Shown here one piece after another: positions 1 through 10,643 of a stretch of 64,000 bases of DNA (position 1 is its first letter; every line of letters starts with the position of its first letter). Location: the NCBI GenBank assembly GCA_034520945.1, contig JAXHNB010000002.1, positions 320,001 through 384,000 of the forward strand, in the 5' to 3' direction. This DNA comes from Trueperaceae bacterium. GTDB taxonomy: Bacteria > Deinococcota > Deinococci > Deinococcales > Trueperaceae. A program made the translations under genes and the position numbers. Under the pieces are notes generated by a model. The model did not search any database. It saw only the letters and a program-made list of their open reading frames with translations, and had not been told where the DNA came from.

Positions 1-919
1 CGAAGCCCATGAAGCCGATCAGGATGCCGGACAGGATCATGACGGGATAGCCGAACAACGGCTTGCGGCTGAAGGTGGGGATCACTTCGGAGATTACGCC
101 GAAGGCGGGCAGGATGATGATGTACACCTCCGGGTGCCCGAAGATCCAGAACAGGTGTTGCCACAGGATCGGCAAGCCGCCGGCGGCGGGCACGTAGAAC
201 AGCGTGCCGAACGTCCGGTCCATGATCACCTGGAACAGCGCGATGGTCAGCGGTGGGAACGCGAAGATGATCATGAACGACGTGATCAGCATCATCCACA
301 CGAACACCGGCATGCGCATCATCTTCATGCCGGGCGCCCGCATGCTGAAGATGGTCACGATCAGGTTCATGGCGGTGACCAGCGTCCCGATCCCGCCGAT
401 GAACAGGCCGATCAGGTAGAAGTCGATGCCGTTGCCGGGGTTGTTGCTCAGCGAGGTCAGGGGCGCATAGGCGAACCAGCCGGCGTCGGGAGCGCCACCG
501 AGGATGAAGCTCGTGTACAGGAATAGGCCGCCGAACAGGTAGATCCAGTACCCGAACGCATTCAGGCGGGGGAACGCCAGGTCGCGCGTACCGATCATCA
601 ACGGCACGAAGTAGTTCGCGAAGCCGATGCCCAACGGCATGATGGCGAGAAACACCATCGTCACGCCGTGCATGGTGAACAGCTGATTGTACGCGTCGGG
701 ACCGATCAGTTGCTGGTTGGGGGCCGCGAGCTGCATGCGAATCAGGAACGCTTCGATGCTGGCGAGCCCCATGAACAGGAAGCTGGTGAAGATGTAGAGG
801 ATGCCGAGCCGTTTGTGATCGACGGTGGTCAGCCAACTGCCGATCCCGGACGTCCAGTCTGGACGCCTAAGGATGCCGCTTCCTGCGGGGGCGGGCGCTC
901 CTTGACTACCGATCGCCAT
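1..919 (-). CDS. coxA: Cytochrome c oxidase subunit I (partial, runs off the window start)
   Basis: Not in the ORF track; translated by hand from ATG 919 (GGAGG upstream): MAIGSQ...WLTTVDHKRLGILY...YNQLFTMHGVTM...DLAFPRLNAFGYW...WQHLFWIFGHPEVYIIILPAFG, the heme-copper oxidase subunit I motifs. Confidence 0.97.
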   Translation of the reverse strand, partial: MAIGSQGAPAPAGSGILRRPDWTSGIGSWLTTVDHKRLGILYIFTSFLFMGLASIEAFLIRMQLAAPNQQLIGPDAYNQLFTMHGVTMVFLAIMPLGIGFANYFVPLMIGTRDLAFPRLNAFGYWIYLFGGLFLYTSFILGGAPDAGWFAYAPLTSLSNNPGNGIDFYLIGLFIGGIGTLVTAMNLIVTIFSMRAPGMKMMRMPVFVWMMLITSFMIIFAFPPLTIALFQVIMDRTFGTLFYVPAAGGLPILWQHLFWIFGHPEVYIIILPAFGVISEVIPTFSRKPLFGYPVMILSGILIGFMGF

Positions 920-2012
920 TCGAACCTCCGAGCGACGCGTGCGCACTGGCATCCGGTTCCGTGCCGAGGCTCAGCAGGTAGGCGGCGACCGCGGCGATCT
1001 CCTCGTCCGCGTTCTCGTCCCCTTCCCGCCACATCGTGGGCATGTAGTTGCCGGGCTTGATCTGTTGCGGGTCGCGAAGCCAGGCCTCGAGGTTGTCCTG
1101 CGTGTTGTCCACCACGCCTGCCGCGAGCGACGTGCGCAGGCCGAAGTTGGTGAGGTTGGGAAAGTCGGGGTCGCCGGTCGACACGCCCTCGCGGTGCCCC
1201 GCCACGGTGTGACAGTTCACGCAGCCCTTCGAGCTGAACAGCTCACGCCCCCGCTGCACCTGCGGGTCGGCCTGGACGGTCCGGGCTCCGGGATCGTCGA
1301 AGGCGTCCACCCAGGCTTCGAACTCGTCCTCGGGTTCAGCGATCACGCGGAACCGCATGTAGGCGTGCGCGCCCAGGCACAACTCGGCACACTGGCCGTA
1401 GTAGGTGCCCGCTTCGTCCGCCGTGAACCACAGCTGGTTGTTCTGGTTCGGAATCAGGTCGCGCTTGCCCGCCAGGCGTGGCACCCAGAACGAGTGCAGC
1501 ACGTCGGCCGAGTCGAGGTTCAGGATCACGCGGCTGCCTTCGGGCACGTGCAGTTCGTTGGCCGTCACGATGCCTAGCTCCGGGTACTCGAAGCGCCACC
1601 ACCACTGGTAGCCCGTGACGTTGACGATCACGTCGTTCTCGCCCGGTTCGGCCCGGTTCTCGGTCGCGAAGATGGTCCGCACGGTCGGCACTGCCACGGC
1701 GATCACGATCAGTACGGGCACGATGGTGAGCCCGATCTCGAGCGCGGTGCTGCCGTGGAACTGTGGGGGAATGCGGTCCGGGTCGGATCTGCGACGCCGG
1801 AACCGGATCAGAATGTACGCCAACACGCCGAAGACCGGGACGAGGACGATCCACGTCAGCCAGTACGACCACATGAAGAGGTCGTTCTGACTCCGTGCGA
1901 CCGCGCCGATGGGATCGAGCGCGGATTGCGGCCCCGCGAACTCGCACCCGAACAACGACAAACTCCCCGCAAATGGGAGAGCGGCCCGGCGGAGCCATTT
2001 GGTCAAGAGCAC
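906..2012 (-). CDS. coxB: Cytochrome c oxidase subunit II with fused C-terminal cytochrome c (caa3 type), lipoprotein
   Basis: GTG start after GGAGGA; lipobox LFGC; YQWWWRFEY, DVLHSFWVP, CuA motif CAELCLGAHAYM; heme c motif CVNCH. Confidence 0.95.
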   Translation of the reverse strand: MLLTKWLRRAALPFAGSLSLFGCEFAGPQSALDPIGAVARSQNDLFMWSYWLTWIVLVPVFGVLAYILIRFRRRRSDPDRIPPQFHGSTALEIGLTIVPVLIVIAVAVPTVRTIFATENRAEPGENDVIVNVTGYQWWWRFEYPELGIVTANELHVPEGSRVILNLDSADVLHSFWVPRLAGKRDLIPNQNNQLWFTADEAGTYYGQCAELCLGAHAYMRFRVIAEPEDEFEAWVDAFDDPGARTVQADPQVQRGRELFSSKGCVNCHTVAGHREGVSTGDPDFPNLTNFGLRTSLAAGVVDNTQDNLEAWLRDPQQIKPGNYMPTMWREGDENADEEIAAVAAYLLSLGTEPDASAHASLGGSNGDR

Positions 2013-2216
2013 GTTGCTTCCTCCAATGATTGCACGCCTGGTTTGCACGGGACGACGTACGCAGGCACCGGATCCGACCGCGTACGTGATGAGACGGCGC
2101 CAAGATACCACAAGGTTTTCCGCGCAAGGCATCCGTTCGGTCGCGTAGAAACGGCCGCGTCCCGCCGGGGAAACGAGCGGGGGGATAGCGTCCGCCGGCC
2201 CGATCGCCCTTCCAGG

Positions 2217-3740
2217 TCACACGGCCGAGGAGAGTCCGTCCTCGCCAGGATCGCTACGAAACGCGGCGGCCTCGGCCAGGTCCGCGGCATCGACCGCGGG
2301 GTGGTCGGCCAGGTCGGCCACCGTACGTGCGACGCGGAGGAGGCGTTCGTACCCGCGTGCGGTGAGGCCCCGCGCGGCCACCAGGTGCAGGCCCATGGCG
2401 CGCGCATCGTCGTCGAGGTCGGCGTAAAGGCGCAACGCGTCCCCTTCGAGCCGCGCGTTCGGCACCCCCTGCCGGCAGCGGGCGCGCCGGCGTGCCGACA
2501 CGACGCGCGCGGCCACCGCGGCGCTGGCTTCGGCCGGTCCGGGCTGCACCAGCGCGGCCTCGTCCACCCTGGGCACGGCCACGTGCACGTCGATGCGATC
2601 CATCAGGGGCCCGCCGATGCGGGCGGCGTAGCGGGTTCGGGTGCCCGGCGGGCACGTGCAGGTGCGGACCTCGTCGCCGTACCAGCCGCACGGGCACGGA
2701 TTGCGCGTGGCCACCAGTTGGAAGCTGGCGGGGAAGCGCACCGAGTGGCGCAGGCGGGTGAGCGTCACCACGCCCTCCTCGACGGGCTGGCGCAGGGCCT
2801 CGAGGGTGCGGCGCGCGAACTCGGGCATCTCGTCGAGCAGCAGGATCCCGCGGTGCGCCAGGCTGACCTCTCCCGGGCGGGGGATCGTTCCGCCGCCGAG
2901 CATGGCGACGTGCGAGGTACGGGGATGGGGCGTGCGGAGCGGGGGACGCCGCATCAGGCCCGGCGCGCCGCTGCGACCGGCCACCGAGTGGATGCGCGTG
3001 ACTTCGATCGCGTCTTCGCGGGAGAGATCGGGCAGGAGGCTGGGTAGGCGGCGGGCCAGCATGGTCTTGCCGGCCCCCGGAGGGCCGGTCATCATCAGCC
3101 CGTGTTCCCCAGCGGCCGCGAGCTCCAGGGCCCGTCGCGCGGTGGCCTGCCCGCGCACGTCGGCCAGGTCGGGCTCGGAGCGAGGTAGGTCGTGGGGCTG
3201 GGGCCCACCGGAAAGCGAACGAGGTGCGACGGTGCCGCGCGCCAGCGCCGCGGCGTGGGCGAGGTCGTCGATCGCGCTCACCTGGAGACCCCCGAGGGCG
3301 GCGACCTCCGCGAGGTCGGGGGCGGGGACCCACAGTCGATCGATCCCCTGCTGGAGCGCGAGAAGCCCTACGCTGATCGCGCCCGGGGTCCGGCGGACGC
3401 GCCCGTCCAGCGCAAGCTCCCCGAAGCAGAGCGTGCCGCGCAACGCGTCGGCCGGAATGCGGGCGTCGGCCGCCAACAGCGCGAGCGCGATGGGGAGGTC
3501 GAAGGCCGGCCCGACCTTCCGCAGGTCGGCGGGGGCGAGGTTCACCAGGATGCGCCCGCGTGGCATGGCGAAGCCGCACGACGTCATGGCGGCGCGGACG
3601 CGCTCCCGCGATTCGCGCACGGCGGCGTCCGGGAGGCCGACCACCGTGATGCTGGGCAGCCCGCGCGCCACGTGCACTTCGACGCGAACCTCCTGCGCGT
3701 CGATGCCGAACGGGGTGGCGGACAGGGTGGATGCGATCAC
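2217..3740 (-). CDS. comM: YifB/ComM family Mg-chelatase-like AAA+ ATPase
   Basis: VGLPDAAVRESRERVR, NLAPADLRK, Walker A GPPGAGKT, PGEVSLAHRGILLLDE, NPCPCG; start placed at GTG 3740. Confidence 0.92.
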   Translation of the reverse strand: MIASTLSATPFGIDAQEVRVEVHVARGLPSITVVGLPDAAVRESRERVRAAMTSCGFAMPRGRILVNLAPADLRKVGPAFDLPIALALLAADARIPADALRGTLCFGELALDGRVRRTPGAISVGLLALQQGIDRLWVPAPDLAEVAALGGLQVSAIDDLAHAAALARGTVAPRSLSGGPQPHDLPRSEPDLADVRGQATARRALELAAAGEHGLMMTGPPGAGKTMLARRLPSLLPDLSREDAIEVTRIHSVAGRSGAPGLMRRPPLRTPHPRTSHVAMLGGGTIPRPGEVSLAHRGILLLDEMPEFARRTLEALRQPVEEGVVTLTRLRHSVRFPASFQLVATRNPCPCGWYGDEVRTCTCPPGTRTRYAARIGGPLMDRIDVHVAVPRVDEAALVQPGPAEASAAVAARVVSARRRARCRQGVPNARLEGDALRLYADLDDDARAMGLHLVAARGLTARGYERLLRVARTVADLADHPAVDAADLAEAAAFRSDPGEDGLSSAV

Positions 3741-3903
3741 GATCCGATCGTGCCCCCGCGGCGGGTCCGTTGCACGGCGTGCCGGGACGCCGGCGGAGAG
3801 GTCGTGGGTCCAGGCCGACCGTCGCCCTGTGCCCCCGTAGGACCCGTGGGCTTTCGTGCACCTGCCACGACGCGGCAGGCGCTCAGCCGATAGAGTGGAC
3901 GCC

Positions 3904-4581
3904 ATGACACCCATTCAGCGATATGCCGCGACACTCCTGAGCGTGCTTCTCGTGGCGGCCTGCAGCAACGGCGAGGCCCCCGGGGGCGACGGCGTGCCGG
4001 ACCCGTTCGGTCTGAACGGCACCTCGATCGAGCTCACCTCCGAGGACGCCAATGCTGGGTTGGTCGCAGCCGCGAGGCCCTTCTTCACCGGTGCGGTTCC
4101 TACCAGCAGGTTCGACGACCTGATCGGGGTTCCCTCCGATACGTCGCGATTGGTGGTGGACGTGTCGGTCTCCGAGGTCGTCTTGCCGGAGGCGGACGCG
4201 TTCCCCTCCAGCTTGGAGATCGAGCGCTTCGTGATCGAGGACCTCGAACTCGCGGACGGTACGTTCGGTGGGGGCGGCAGCTTCGTGAGCATCGATGCGC
4301 AGCAGGATGGGCTGGGCTGGCGCTATCAGCCCGACGGCGCGTGCGAGGCCGGCGCAGCCTGCACCTTCGCGCGGACCTCGCAGGGGGCGGGCTCGCTCTC
4401 CATCGAGTTGACGGGCGCTACCTACAACACCTGGTTCGACATCGTGACGGGCGGCCTGCCGTCCAACAGCGTGCGCGCCGGCATGTTCGTCGAGTTCGCC
4501 TCCTCGCTCGACGCCGAGACCGCGACGGTGACCTTCGAGATCGAGCGTGCCCGCGTGTTCGGGGCCGCGTCCGCGTACTGA
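3904..4581 (+). CDS. Hypothetical lipoprotein
   Basis: MTPIQRYAATLLSVLLVAAC lipobox; TAGAGT -10 box 7 nt before ATG. Confidence 0.75.
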   Translation: MTPIQRYAATLLSVLLVAACSNGEAPGGDGVPDPFGLNGTSIELTSEDANAGLVAAARPFFTGAVPTSRFDDLIGVPSDTSRLVVDVSVSEVVLPEADAFPSSLEIERFVIEDLELADGTFGGGGSFVSIDAQQDGLGWRYQPDGACEAGAACTFARTSQGAGSLSIELTGATYNTWFDIVTGGLPSNSVRAGMFVEFASSLDAETATVTFEIERARVFGAASAY

Positions 4582-4600
4582 GGGAAGCCTGCCTTCCCGT

Positions 4601-4628
4601 GTCCCGGCGGGATTCGTCCTGCCGGGGC
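4601..4628. terminator. Hairpin between convergent genes
   Basis: GTCCCGGCGGGA-TTCG-TCCTGCCGGGGC stem-loop. Confidence 0.55.
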
Positions 4629-4634
4629 GGGTGG

Positions 4635-5507
4635 CTACATGCCCAACTCGGGCGTGGGGTCCGCCAGGGCGTAGAAGCCGTAGGTCCCCGGTCCGACGTG
4701 CACGCCGATGACGGCGCCCAGTTCGTAGGTGCCGCCGTCGCGAAACGAGATGCCGGCGTCGCGAAACGCCTCGGCCATCGACGAGACGGCGGATTCGCTC
4801 TGGATGTGCACGAACGTCACGACCAACTCCCCCTCGGGATGGGCCTCCCGGTACGCGCGCAGGCGCGACGTCATCTCGCGCAGTGCCTTCTTGGCGCCCC
4901 GGGCGCGACCCGCGGCCTGCACCACGCCTTCTTCGATCGTGAGGAGCGGCTTGATGTTCAGGAGGCTTCCGACCAGCGCGCCGGCACGCCCGATGCGCCC
5001 CCCCTTCTGCAGGAACTCGAGCGTCCCGACCGTGAACAGCAGAAACGCGACCTCGCGCAGCCGCCCGAGATTCTCCGTGATCGCGTCGAGGTCGTACTCG
5101 GCGTCCCGCATGGCGGCCGCGCGGCGCACCATGTAGGCCGCCCCGAGGCTGGCGTGATTGCTGTCGAACACCGTCACCGGCACGGGCGCGTCCTTCGCCG
5201 CCAGCACGGCGGACTGGTGCGTGCCCGACAGTTCCTTCGCCAAGGTGACGACCAGAATACGGTCGGCGCCGTCCGCGGCCGCATCACGGAACGCCGCGGC
5301 GAAGTCCTCGGGGGTCGGCTGGCTGGTGGTGGGCATGTCCGCCCCCTGCTGCACCCCCTCGATCAGCTCGTTCGGCGTGATCTCGATCCAATCCTTGTAG
5401 GCGTGATCCCGAAAGTGAACGTACAGGGGCACACGCCGGACGCGCAGCGCCGCGAGTTCGTCTTCACGCAGGTCGCAGGTCGAATCTGTCACGATGGCCA
5501 AGGACAT
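4635..5507 (-). CDS. DegV family fatty-acid-binding protein
   Basis: MSLAIVTDSTCDL, PTTSQPT, LSGT, LQKGGRIG, LLNIKPLL, IGVHVGPG; GGAGG RBS. Confidence 0.93.
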   Translation of the reverse strand: MSLAIVTDSTCDLREDELAALRVRRVPLYVHFRDHAYKDWIEITPNELIEGVQQGADMPTTSQPTPEDFAAAFRDAAADGADRILVVTLAKELSGTHQSAVLAAKDAPVPVTVFDSNHASLGAAYMVRRAAAMRDAEYDLDAITENLGRLREVAFLLFTVGTLEFLQKGGRIGRAGALVGSLLNIKPLLTIEEGVVQAAGRARGAKKALREMTSRLRAYREAHPEGELVVTFVHIQSESAVSSMAEAFRDAGISFRDGGTYELGAVIGVHVGPGTYGFYALADPTPELGM

Positions 5508-5635
5508 GACGTTCCTCCGGTCAAACAAGACACCCGCGCGTCGCTGGCGCGCGAGATCACGGTCGGTGGTTCGTATGGACGCCAGTATACGGGACGCCCC
5601 TCCGCGTTGACCATGGCGGCGAAGGGCGTGGTGGC

Positions 5636-6484
5636 GTGAGTGACGCGCTCTGGTGGGTGCTGCAGCCCAGCGGCCTGCTGCTGACGCTCCTCGCGTTCGC
5701 GTGGGTGTTGCTCATCGCCGGCGCGCGCCGGTTCGCACGGAGCATCGTCGGGCTGGTCCTCCTCGCGTGGGGAGGGGCGGTCCTGCTGCCGGTCGACGCC
5801 TGGCTCGCGGCACCGCTCGAGGCGCGGACGGGCGTCCCCGACCCGATGCCCGGCGACGTGGACGGCATCCTCGTGCTGGGGGGCGCGGTCGAGTGGCGCG
5901 TCAGCGAGGCGCGTCAGCAGCTCGCACTCGGCGACGCCGGCGAGCGGATGTTGGCCGCGGCGGCATTGGCGCGCCGATTCCCCGACGCCACGCTGGCCTT
6001 TACCGGCGTGAGCGCCGACGCGCTGGCGCAAGACTTCCGAGCCGAACCCACGGGGCGAAGCCTGGTGTTCGGCCCCGAATTCGCAGGCCGCGACATGATC
6101 GTGCTGAGCGAAGCGTCCAGCACGTACGAGGACGCGATGTTGGCGCTCCGCCGCATCGCCCCGCAGCCGGGCGACACCTGGCTGCTGGTCACCAGCGCGT
6201 GGCACATGCCCCGTGCATGGGCGACGTTTCGGACGCTCGGCTGGACCATGGTGCCCTACCCGGTCGACTACCGCGCCGGCGGACGGACCCGAGGTCAGGG
6301 ATGGCTGCCCCGGACCCTGCCCCCGCCCGCGGCGCGCCTGGCGGAGCTCGACACCATGGTGAGAGAGTGGGGCGCCGTCGCGATCTATCGCCGCACCGGT
6401 CGCATCACCGACGAAGCCTGGCGTGCCGTGCCGCCCCCCGGGCTCCAGCCGACCGGGGGGCCACGGTTCGGCGCCCGGCCGTGA
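5636..6484 (+). CDS. YdcF/ElyC (DUF218) family membrane protein
   Basis: N-terminal TM helices; DGILVLGG, STYEDA, LLVTSAWHMPRA, PYPVDYR. Confidence 0.88.
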   Translation: MSDALWWVLQPSGLLLTLLAFAWVLLIAGARRFARSIVGLVLLAWGGAVLLPVDAWLAAPLEARTGVPDPMPGDVDGILVLGGAVEWRVSEARQQLALGDAGERMLAAAALARRFPDATLAFTGVSADALAQDFRAEPTGRSLVFGPEFAGRDMIVLSEASSTYEDAMLALRRIAPQPGDTWLLVTSAWHMPRAWATFRTLGWTMVPYPVDYRAGGRTRGQGWLPRTLPPPAARLAELDTMVREWGAVAIYRRTGRITDEAWRAVPPPGLQPTGGPRFGARP

Positions 6485-6510
6485 GGCGTCGCGTCGGTGC
6501 TACGCCCGCG

Positions 6511-7527
6511 TCAGGTGGCGGCGCCCGCCGGCATTCGGTCGTGAAGCGACTCGGCGATCTGGATGGCGTTCAGGGCCGCGCCCTTTCGAATCTGATCGCC
6601 GGAGACGAACAACGCCACGGCGCCCGGCTTGCTGGCGTCCGCGCGGATCCGGCCCACCAGCACCTCGTCTTGTCCTGAGGCGTCCCGAGGCATCGGGAAC
6701 AGGTTGGCGTCGCGGTCGTCCACCACACGAACACCCTCCGCGCCGTCCAACACCTCGCGGGCTTCGTCGGGACCGACCGGCCGGGAGAACTCGGCGTGAA
6801 TCGCTTCGCTGTGGGCGCGAAACACCGGAACGCGCACGCAGGTCGCGCTGACGGCCAGTTCCGGCGCACCGAGGATCTTGCGGGACTCCAACAGCAGTTT
6901 GCGCTCCTCGACGTTGTAGCCATCCTCGCCGACGTCGCTATCGTGGCTGAACAGGTTGAACGCGATCGGGTGCGCGAAGGTTCGAGTCTCCAACGGTTCG
7001 CCGGCCATGTAGGCGCGCGTCTGTCGATCGAGTTCGTCGATGCCTCCCGCGCCGGACCCCGACACGGCCTGGTAGGTCGCCACCGTCGCACGCGTCAGGC
7101 CGAAGCTCCGGTGCAACGGCGCCAGCGCCATCAGCCCGATGATGGTCGAACAGTTCGGATTCGCGACGATCCCGCGGTGGGCCAAGGCCGCCTCCCCGTT
7201 GATCTCGGGGACCACCAGCGGCGTGTCCGGATCCATCCGCCAGGCGCTGGTGTTGTCGATCACCACCGCCCCCGCTGCCGCCCAGGAGCGCGCACGCGCC
7301 TTGGACAGCGACCCGCCGGCCGACGAGAACACGACGTCGGCGCCGAGATTCCCGTCCTCGGGCAGGGCCTCGACGACCAGCTCGCCGCCTCGGAAGGGAA
7401 GCGCCGTGCCGGCCGACCGGGCCGAGGCGTAGGCCCGCACCTGCTCGGCGGGAAACCCACGCTCCTCGAGCAGGGTCAACAGCTCGCGTCCGACCGCGCC
7501 GGTGGCCCCGACGATGGCTACCCGCAT
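6511..7527 (-). CDS. asd: Aspartate-semialdehyde dehydrogenase
   Basis: MRVAIVGATGAVG, DNTSAWRM, ANPNCST, TYQAVSGSG, TCVRVPVFRAHSE, DQIRKGAALNAIQIAE. Confidence 0.96.
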   Translation of the reverse strand: MRVAIVGATGAVGRELLTLLEERGFPAEQVRAYASARSAGTALPFRGGELVVEALPEDGNLGADVVFSSAGGSLSKARARSWAAAGAVVIDNTSAWRMDPDTPLVVPEINGEAALAHRGIVANPNCSTIIGLMALAPLHRSFGLTRATVATYQAVSGSGAGGIDELDRQTRAYMAGEPLETRTFAHPIAFNLFSHDSDVGEDGYNVEERKLLLESRKILGAPELAVSATCVRVPVFRAHSEAIHAEFSRPVGPDEAREVLDGAEGVRVVDDRDANLFPMPRDASGQDEVLVGRIRADASKPGAVALFVSGDQIRKGAALNAIQIAESLHDRMPAGAAT

Positions 7528-7614
7528 GCCTGCCCTCCGTGACGCCCTCGATTCATGACGTTCGAGCCTAGCACGTGCGCGGATGGCCGAGGGTCGGCGG
7601 GTAGCATGGTCGCC

Positions 7615-8739
7615 ATGAGCGCCCCCGACGCGCATGTTCCCCCCTTGGATCACTGGCGCCGCATCGTCGTCAAGGTCGGCACCAGCAGCCTCACCGACGA
7701 CGCCGGACGGATCCATCCGCCACGCATGTGGGCGATCGCGCGCGGCATGCTGGTCCTCGCCGGGCGCTGCGGCGCCAAGGCGGTGCTGGTGTCCTCCGGG
7801 GCGGGCGCGGCCGGCCGCGAGCGCCTGGGGATCCAGCTCCCCCTGACCCTTCCGGACAAGCAGGCTGCGGCCGCCGTAGGGCAAACGCTGCTGATGCTGG
7901 ACTGGGAGCGGGCGCTGGCGCCGAGGCCGGTGGCGCAGTTGCTGTTGTCCGCCGACGACGTGCGAACGCGGGAGCGGTACGTGAACGCCAAGAACGCCCT
8001 GGAGGCCAGCCTGAAGCTAGGGGCGGTCCCGGTCGTGAACGAGAACGACAGCGTCGCGACCAGCGAGTTGAAGCTCGGGGACAACGACACGCTGTCGGCC
8101 TGGGTCGCCTACCTGGTCGATGCCGACGCCCTGGTCGTGCTGACCGACGTCGATGGCCTGTACGACGCCGACCCTCGCCGCACCGCCGACGCACGCAAGA
8201 TCGACGTGGTGCGCGACGTCGCGGAGGTCGAGCACCTGGCCGGCGGCGTGGGAAGCACGCGCGGCACCGGGGGGATGGCCACCAAGCTGCGGGCGGCCCG
8301 GATCGCGACGGAGGCCGGCATCGAGATGCTGGTCCTCGGCGGCGGCGGCGAAGGGCTGGAGGCGTTGGCGCGCGGCGAGGTACGCGGCACGCGGTTCCTG
8401 GCCCGCGCCCACCCGCCCGCCCGCAAGGCGTGGATCGGTCAGCAGCCCGGACGAGGGCGCGTCCTCATCGACGGCGGCGCGGCCAAGGCGTTGCGGGAGG
8501 GACGCAGCCTGCTCCCTAAGGGGGTGACCGGCGTCGAAGGCGACTTCGCGTTCGGAGACGCGGTCGACGTCGTCCACGACGGGACGGTCCTGGGGCGCGG
8601 GTTGAGCAACTACGGAGGCGACGCCATCGAGCGGATCCGGGGTCGCCACACGCGCGATATCGCGGACCTGTTGGGGCGCAAGGACTACGACGAGGTGGTG
8701 CACCGCGACAACCTGTTCCTGTATGCCGGCGCCGACTGA
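7615..8739 (+). CDS. proB: Glutamate 5-kinase with PUA domain
   Basis: VVKVGTSSL, VSSGA, KQAAAAVGQ, VNENDSV, GDNDTLS, GTGGMATKL, C-terminal PUA (SLLPKGV...EVVHRDNL); TAGCAT 7 nt before ATG. Confidence 0.95.
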   Translation: MSAPDAHVPPLDHWRRIVVKVGTSSLTDDAGRIHPPRMWAIARGMLVLAGRCGAKAVLVSSGAGAAGRERLGIQLPLTLPDKQAAAAVGQTLLMLDWERALAPRPVAQLLLSADDVRTRERYVNAKNALEASLKLGAVPVVNENDSVATSELKLGDNDTLSAWVAYLVDADALVVLTDVDGLYDADPRRTADARKIDVVRDVAEVEHLAGGVGSTRGTGGMATKLRAARIATEAGIEMLVLGGGGEGLEALARGEVRGTRFLARAHPPARKAWIGQQPGRGRVLIDGGAAKALREGRSLLPKGVTGVEGDFAFGDAVDVVHDGTVLGRGLSNYGGDAIERIRGRHTRDIADLLGRKDYDEVVHRDNLFLYAGAD

Positions 8740-8837
8740 ACCTACCGCGGCGCGGTCGCGCGCAGGCAGGCCTGCCCGGGCGGACGCGGACGGCCGCGGC
8801 CCGCTCGGCCGGTGCTAGGCTGCGGCCGGGAGGCGTC

Positions 8838-9338
8838 ATGAGGAGCGTACGCACCACCCTCGCCTACGTCGCGGCCGCCATCGTGGCGGCGTTCGGGATC
8901 CTGGCCTTGCTGAATCCTTTGGTCGCCGTGCGTGTCCTGGGGCTCGAGGTCATCGAGCCGCGCGGCCTCAGCGAGATCCGTGCCACCTACGGCGCGTTCC
9001 TGCTGGTGCTCGGCGGTGCGATGGCGTGGGCCGTACGGATGCGGCCGCGCGGGACCCCCTGGGTACGCCTGATCGGAATCGTGTTCCTCGGGGCCAGCCT
9101 GGGACGCGTAGCAAGCGTGGTCCTGGACGGCGTGTTCACGCCGTTCAACCTGGCCGTGCTGGCGGTCACGGCGTTCGTGTCGGTGGCGGCGCTCCTCGCC
9201 AGCTTTCAGCGCCGCCCCACTCCGCCCGCGGCGTCGGGCGGCAGCGAGCGCGCGCGGACGGGCCGCCGTCTTCTCGGCGGGGGTCGGCGGCGCGCTTCGG
9301 GCGGCGAGGCGCCGAACGGACCCCAAGACGACGCGTAG
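8838..9338 (+). CDS. Small membrane protein (DUF4345-like)
   Basis: Four hydrophobic segments; GLSEIRATYG and GRVASVVLDG motifs; GGAGG RBS. Confidence 0.7.
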   Translation: MRSVRTTLAYVAAAIVAAFGILALLNPLVAVRVLGLEVIEPRGLSEIRATYGAFLLVLGGAMAWAVRMRPRGTPWVRLIGIVFLGASLGRVASVVLDGVFTPFNLAVLAVTAFVSVAALLASFQRRPTPPAASGGSERARTGRRLLGGGRRRASGGEAPNGPQDDA

Positions 9339-9455
9339 CGACCCCCCGCTGGGGGCCGAGGCGGGGTCGGCCGCCCGGGCGACGTTGCGGTAGGCTGATC
9401 CAGCCATGCCCACGTACCGCCCCTCCGTCGCCGCGTCACGACCCCTCTCCCGCCG

Positions 9456-10643
9456 ATGAAGATCACCGTTCCCGAAGGCACCCGGGACCACCTGCCGCGC
9501 GCCGCCGAGCAGCGCGCACGCATGATGGCCCGGTTGTCGTCCTTGTACGCGGCGTGGGGGTACCAGGCCGTCGAGGTGCCGGTCCTCGAGCACTACCGGC
9601 CGCAGCATCCCCGCGCCGCGCAAGCGTTCAAGCTGACCGACGCCGGGGGCGAGCTGCTTGCGTTGCGAAGCGACTTCACACCGGCCCTGGCGCGTCTGGT
9701 GCATGCGGCGTGGCCGTCCGTCGCCGATCCGGAGGCGGAGGCGCGGCCGGTGCGCTTGCAGTACGCGGGCCCGGTGTGGCACGCCACCATGCCGGAGCTG
9801 GCCCGAACGCGCGAGTTCACGCAGGTCGGCGTCGAGCTGGTCGGCGCACGCCACCCGCGGGCCGACGCGGAGCTGATTCACCTGGCGCGCGAGTCGGTGC
9901 GTGCCGTCGGATTGCGGCCGCGCGTCGAGATCGGAAGTCCGGGCCTGGTCAAGGCGCTGATGGACGAAGCCGGCGTGGCGGCGCCGGCGCGGCCCGCGTT
10001 GGCGGACGCGATCGACCGCAAGGACCCCCACGACGTGGAGCGGATGTCGCGCGACCTGGGCCTGGCCGGCGCGGCCGCGGATGCGCTGCGGGCGGTCCCC
10101 GACCTGTACGGCGGGCCCGACCTCATGCGCGAGGCGGAACGCCTCGCCGTCGGGCCGGCCTCGAGCGCCGCCCTCGCGCACCTGGCAGGCGTCCTGGCCG
10201 AGTTCGAGGACGACACCGAGCTGCTGCTGGACCTCGGCATGGCGCGGCGCCTCGCCTACTACACCGGCGTGACCTTCCGCGCCTACACCGTGGACTTCGG
10301 CAAGCCGCTATTGGGCGGCGGCCGCTACGACGGGGCGTTGCTTCCCTACGCCGCCGGGTTCGCCCTGGGACTGGAGCGCTTGACCGACGCCCTCGGCGAA
10401 CCGGCCGGCGGTGACGCGCTGCGCGTGCTGGCGACCGACGACGCGGCGGCGCGCCTGCTGCGCGCCGCCGGGATCGAGGTGCTGCGCGCCGTGGCGGAGG
10501 AGCCCGCCGCCGCCCGCACGGAGGCCCGAGCGCTGGGGGCGGCGTGGTTGCTGACGCCCGCGGGGCTCGAAGCCGTGTCGGACGACGTCGATGCGGCCGA
10601 GCGCGCGCGGCTCCGGGGCTTGCTGGAGGGTGACGATGCCTGA
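9456..10643 (+). CDS. hisZ: ATP phosphoribosyltransferase regulatory subunit
   Basis: [39 protein letters not shown]; directly upstream of short-form hisG. Confidence 0.93.
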   Translation: MKITVPEGTRDHLPRAAEQRARMMARLSSLYAAWGYQAVEVPVLEHYRPQHPRAAQAFKLTDAGGELLALRSDFTPALARLVHAAWPSVADPEAEARPVRLQYAGPVWHATMPELARTREFTQVGVELVGARHPRADAELIHLARESVRAVGLRPRVEIGSPGLVKALMDEAGVAAPARPALADAIDRKDPHDVERMSRDLGLAGAAADALRAVPDLYGGPDLMREAERLAVGPASSAALAHLAGVLAEFEDDTELLLDLGMARRLAYYTGVTFRAYTVDFGKPLLGGGRYDGALLPYAAGFALGLERLTDALGEPAGGDALRVLATDDAAARLLRAAGIEVLRAVAEEPAAARTEARALGAAWLLTPAGLEAVSDDVDAAERARLRGLLEGDDA

